DNA of 63,423 nt, the filler included. It is 6 parts of 6 records of this genome, joined end to end, with 100 filler letters (N's around TTAATTAATTAA, not from the genome) between each part and the next. Parts side by side here need not be neighbours in the genome. Positions count along the whole stretch, not along the records: positions 54,748 to 63,423 come from SRR31147125_1300; 5 more parts are not named here. One strand, 5' to 3'. Both the position numbers and the translations under genes were made by a program. Within the stretch, counting starts at the first letter, position 1. The number at the start of each line of letters is the position of its first letter. Below, piece by piece: positions 61,884-63,423 of this stretch. Under the pieces are notes generated by a model that worked only from the letters and a program-made list of their open reading frames with translations, was not told where the DNA came from and made no database searches.

Positions 61884-63002
61884 ATGAAATTATTTAAGTT
61901 ACAACCAGAAATCCATAAATTTGATAAGTTTGCTGAATTTACTGAAGAGTTTGCTATTGGTGAGAAGGACATTATAGTTGTAAATAACTCGATTTATGAT
62001 AAATTTATCAAAGAGCTAAATTTGAAAAGTATCTTTATATCTCCTAAAAAGTATGGAAGTGGAGAGCCTTCAGATGAAATTATTGATAAAGTACTAGAAG
62101 AAGCAGCTAAAACAGACTATAACAGAGTAGTTGCAATAGGTGGAGGAGCAGTACTTGATATTGCTAAGTTTTTAGTTTTAGCAGATGTGAAAAATTGTCT
62201 AGATGTATTTGAAGGAAAAGTTAAGCTTAATAAAGTTAAAGAACTAATCGCTATACCTACAACTTGTGGAACTGGTAGTGAGGTAACAGCTATATCAGTA
62301 GCAGAAATAAAATCAAAAGGAACTAAAATGGGAATAGCTATTGATGAATTCTTACCTGATTATGCTGTATTAATACCTGAATTATTGAAAAATATTCCTT
62401 ATAAGTTTTTTGCATTTAGTACTCTTGATGCATTTGTACATGCAGCGGAGTCGTATGTTTCTCCAAAAGCAAATATTTATACAGATATGTTTGCTGAGAA
62501 AGCTATTGAAATGATTCTTAAAGGTTACAAAAAAATGATGGAAAAAGGGCAAGATTATTATAAAGATATAATAGAAGAATTTTTAATAGGAAGTAATTAT
62601 GCAGGGATATCTTTTGGAAATGCAGGATGTGGAGCAGTACATGCATTGGCATATCCACTAGGTGGAGTTTATCATGTTGCCCATGGTGAATGTAATTATG
62701 AATTTTTCACACCTATATTCAGAAAATATACTGAAAAAGAAAATTCTGGAAAAATTAAAAAATTAAATTCTCTAATAGCTAAAACTATTGAGAGTGACTC
62801 AGAAGCAAATGTATATGATGAGTTAGATAAATTATTTAATTTTATTTGGAAAAAAGCTGAACTTAGTAGTTTTGGTATGAAAGAAAAAGAGATAGCAGAG
62901 TTTGCTGAGAGTGTAGTTAAGAATCAACAAAGATTATTAGCTAACAGCTACGTTGTATTGTCAGTAGATGAAATAGCGGAAGTATACGCATCATTATATT
63001 AG
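61884..63002 (+). CDS. NAD-dependent 4-hydroxybutyrate dehydrogenase (Fe-containing ADH family)
   Basis: KYGSGEPSD, IGGGAVLD, PTTCGTGSE, DAFVHAAES, VHALAYPLG..YHVAHG and QQRLLANSY, with RBS AAGGAG. Confidence 0.85.
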   Translation: MKLFKLQPEIHKFDKFAEFTEEFAIGEKDIIVVNNSIYDKFIKELNLKSIFISPKKYGSGEPSDEIIDKVLEEAAKTDYNRVVAIGGGAVLDIAKFLVLADVKNCLDVFEGKVKLNKVKELIAIPTTCGTGSEVTAISVAEIKSKGTKMGIAIDEFLPDYAVLIPELLKNIPYKFFAFSTLDAFVHAAESYVSPKANIYTDMFAEKAIEMILKGYKKMMEKGQDYYKDIIEEFLIGSNYAGISFGNAGCGAVHALAYPLGGVYHVAHGECNYEFFTPIFRKYTEKENSGKIKKLNSLIAKTIESDSEANVYDELDKLFNFIWKKAELSSFGMKEKEIAEFAESVVKNQQRLLANSYVVLSVDEIAEVYASLY

Positions 63003-63022
63003 ATATGTATATAGACAGAAAT

Positions 63023-63058
63023 AAAATGAGCTATTCCCAGTTTGGGATAGCTCATTTT
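63023..63058. terminator. Bidirectional intrinsic terminator
   Basis: AAAATGAGCTATTCCC / GGGATAGCTCATTTT between convergent genes. Confidence 0.75.
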
Positions 63059-63067
63059 TTATAAAAA

Positions 63068-63421
63068 CTAAACTAATTTTGATAAATCTTTAAGTGACTC
63101 TGATTCATCAGAGATCTCTTTGATAACTGAAGCAATCTCTTCTGAAGAGGCACTTTGCTTCATTGCAATATTACTTGATTCAGAAATTTCTTTTTGAATA
63201 GTTGTAATAGAGCTTTTAATATCCTCTAAAATGTTAGTTACTTCTTTTGCAGATTCACTACTCACTTGAGATAACTTTCTCATTTCATCTGCTACAACAC
63301 TAAATCCACGACCTGCTTCACCAGCTCTAGCGGCTTCTATTGCTGCATTTAGTGCTAAGAGATTTGATTGTGATGATATATTTTGAATACCATTTAAGAT
63401 ATTACCAGTATTGTCGATTTT
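63068..63421 (-). CDS. Methyl-accepting chemotaxis protein, C-terminal part (5'-truncated)
   Basis: The minus-strand frame reads [37 protein letters not shown]. Confidence 0.93.
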   Translation of the reverse strand, partial: KIDNTGNILNGIQNISSQSNLLALNAAIEAARAGEAGRGFSVVADEMRKLSQVSSESAKEVTNILEDIKSSITTIQKEISESSNIAMKQSASSEEIASVIKEISDESESLKDLSKLV

Positions 63422-63423
63422 TT

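Noticed and set aside
1..63423. CRISPR arrays, tRNA/rRNA genes, transposases, retrons or DGRs
   Set aside because: By eye I found no regularly spaced repeats, cloverleaf or rRNA-like sequence, transposase ORF or reverse transcriptase ORF. An Infernal/tRNAscan run would be needed to exclude small RNAs.

Overview
This window is not one locus. It is six unrelated bacterial contigs joined by five 100-bp artificial spacers (N44-TTAATTAATTAA-N44), so gene neighbourhood is only meaningful within a contig. Taxonomic labels are inferred from gene content. (1) 1-10503, Bacteroidota: ROK repressor, SAM methyltransferase, T9SS-secreted GH5-like glycanase with an inserted CBM, RNase HI, Uma2 nuclease and two GH92 alpha-mannosidases. 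(2) 10604-17651, probably Myxococcota/Desulfobacterota-like: a phasin-like protein coupled to an orphan ParA, YqeY, a GH57-like lipoprotein, a PuuD-like peptidase C26 and a BNR-type protein. (3) 17752-25420, unassigned anaerobe: class I GATase, SdrD-B lipoprotein and a CoA-transferase-GNAT / ADP-forming acyl-CoA synthetase / DRTGG operon. (4) 25521-43988, Clostridia: cdd-era-recO-yicC-gmk, GH18, a type IV pilus pilD/minor pilin/pilMNO cluster, then an XRE regulator, a membrane Ser/Thr kinase and a lipoprotein array. (5) 44089-54647, Acholeplasmataceae-like housekeeping genes. (6) 54748-63423, low-GC diderm anaerobe, possibly Fusobacteriota: PAP2 phosphatase with a passenger repeat, omptin, GABA permease-gabT-4-hydroxybutyrate dehydrogenase and a partial MCP. 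Five or six genes are frameshifted, mostly at homopolymers, which points to sequencing indels. I saw no CRISPR array, rRNA, tRNA or transposase. The best candidates for undescribed systems are the phasin-like/ParA pair (possible storage-granule positioning) and the XRE-kinase-lipoprotein module. Several REP-like and nested palindromic elements are also present.
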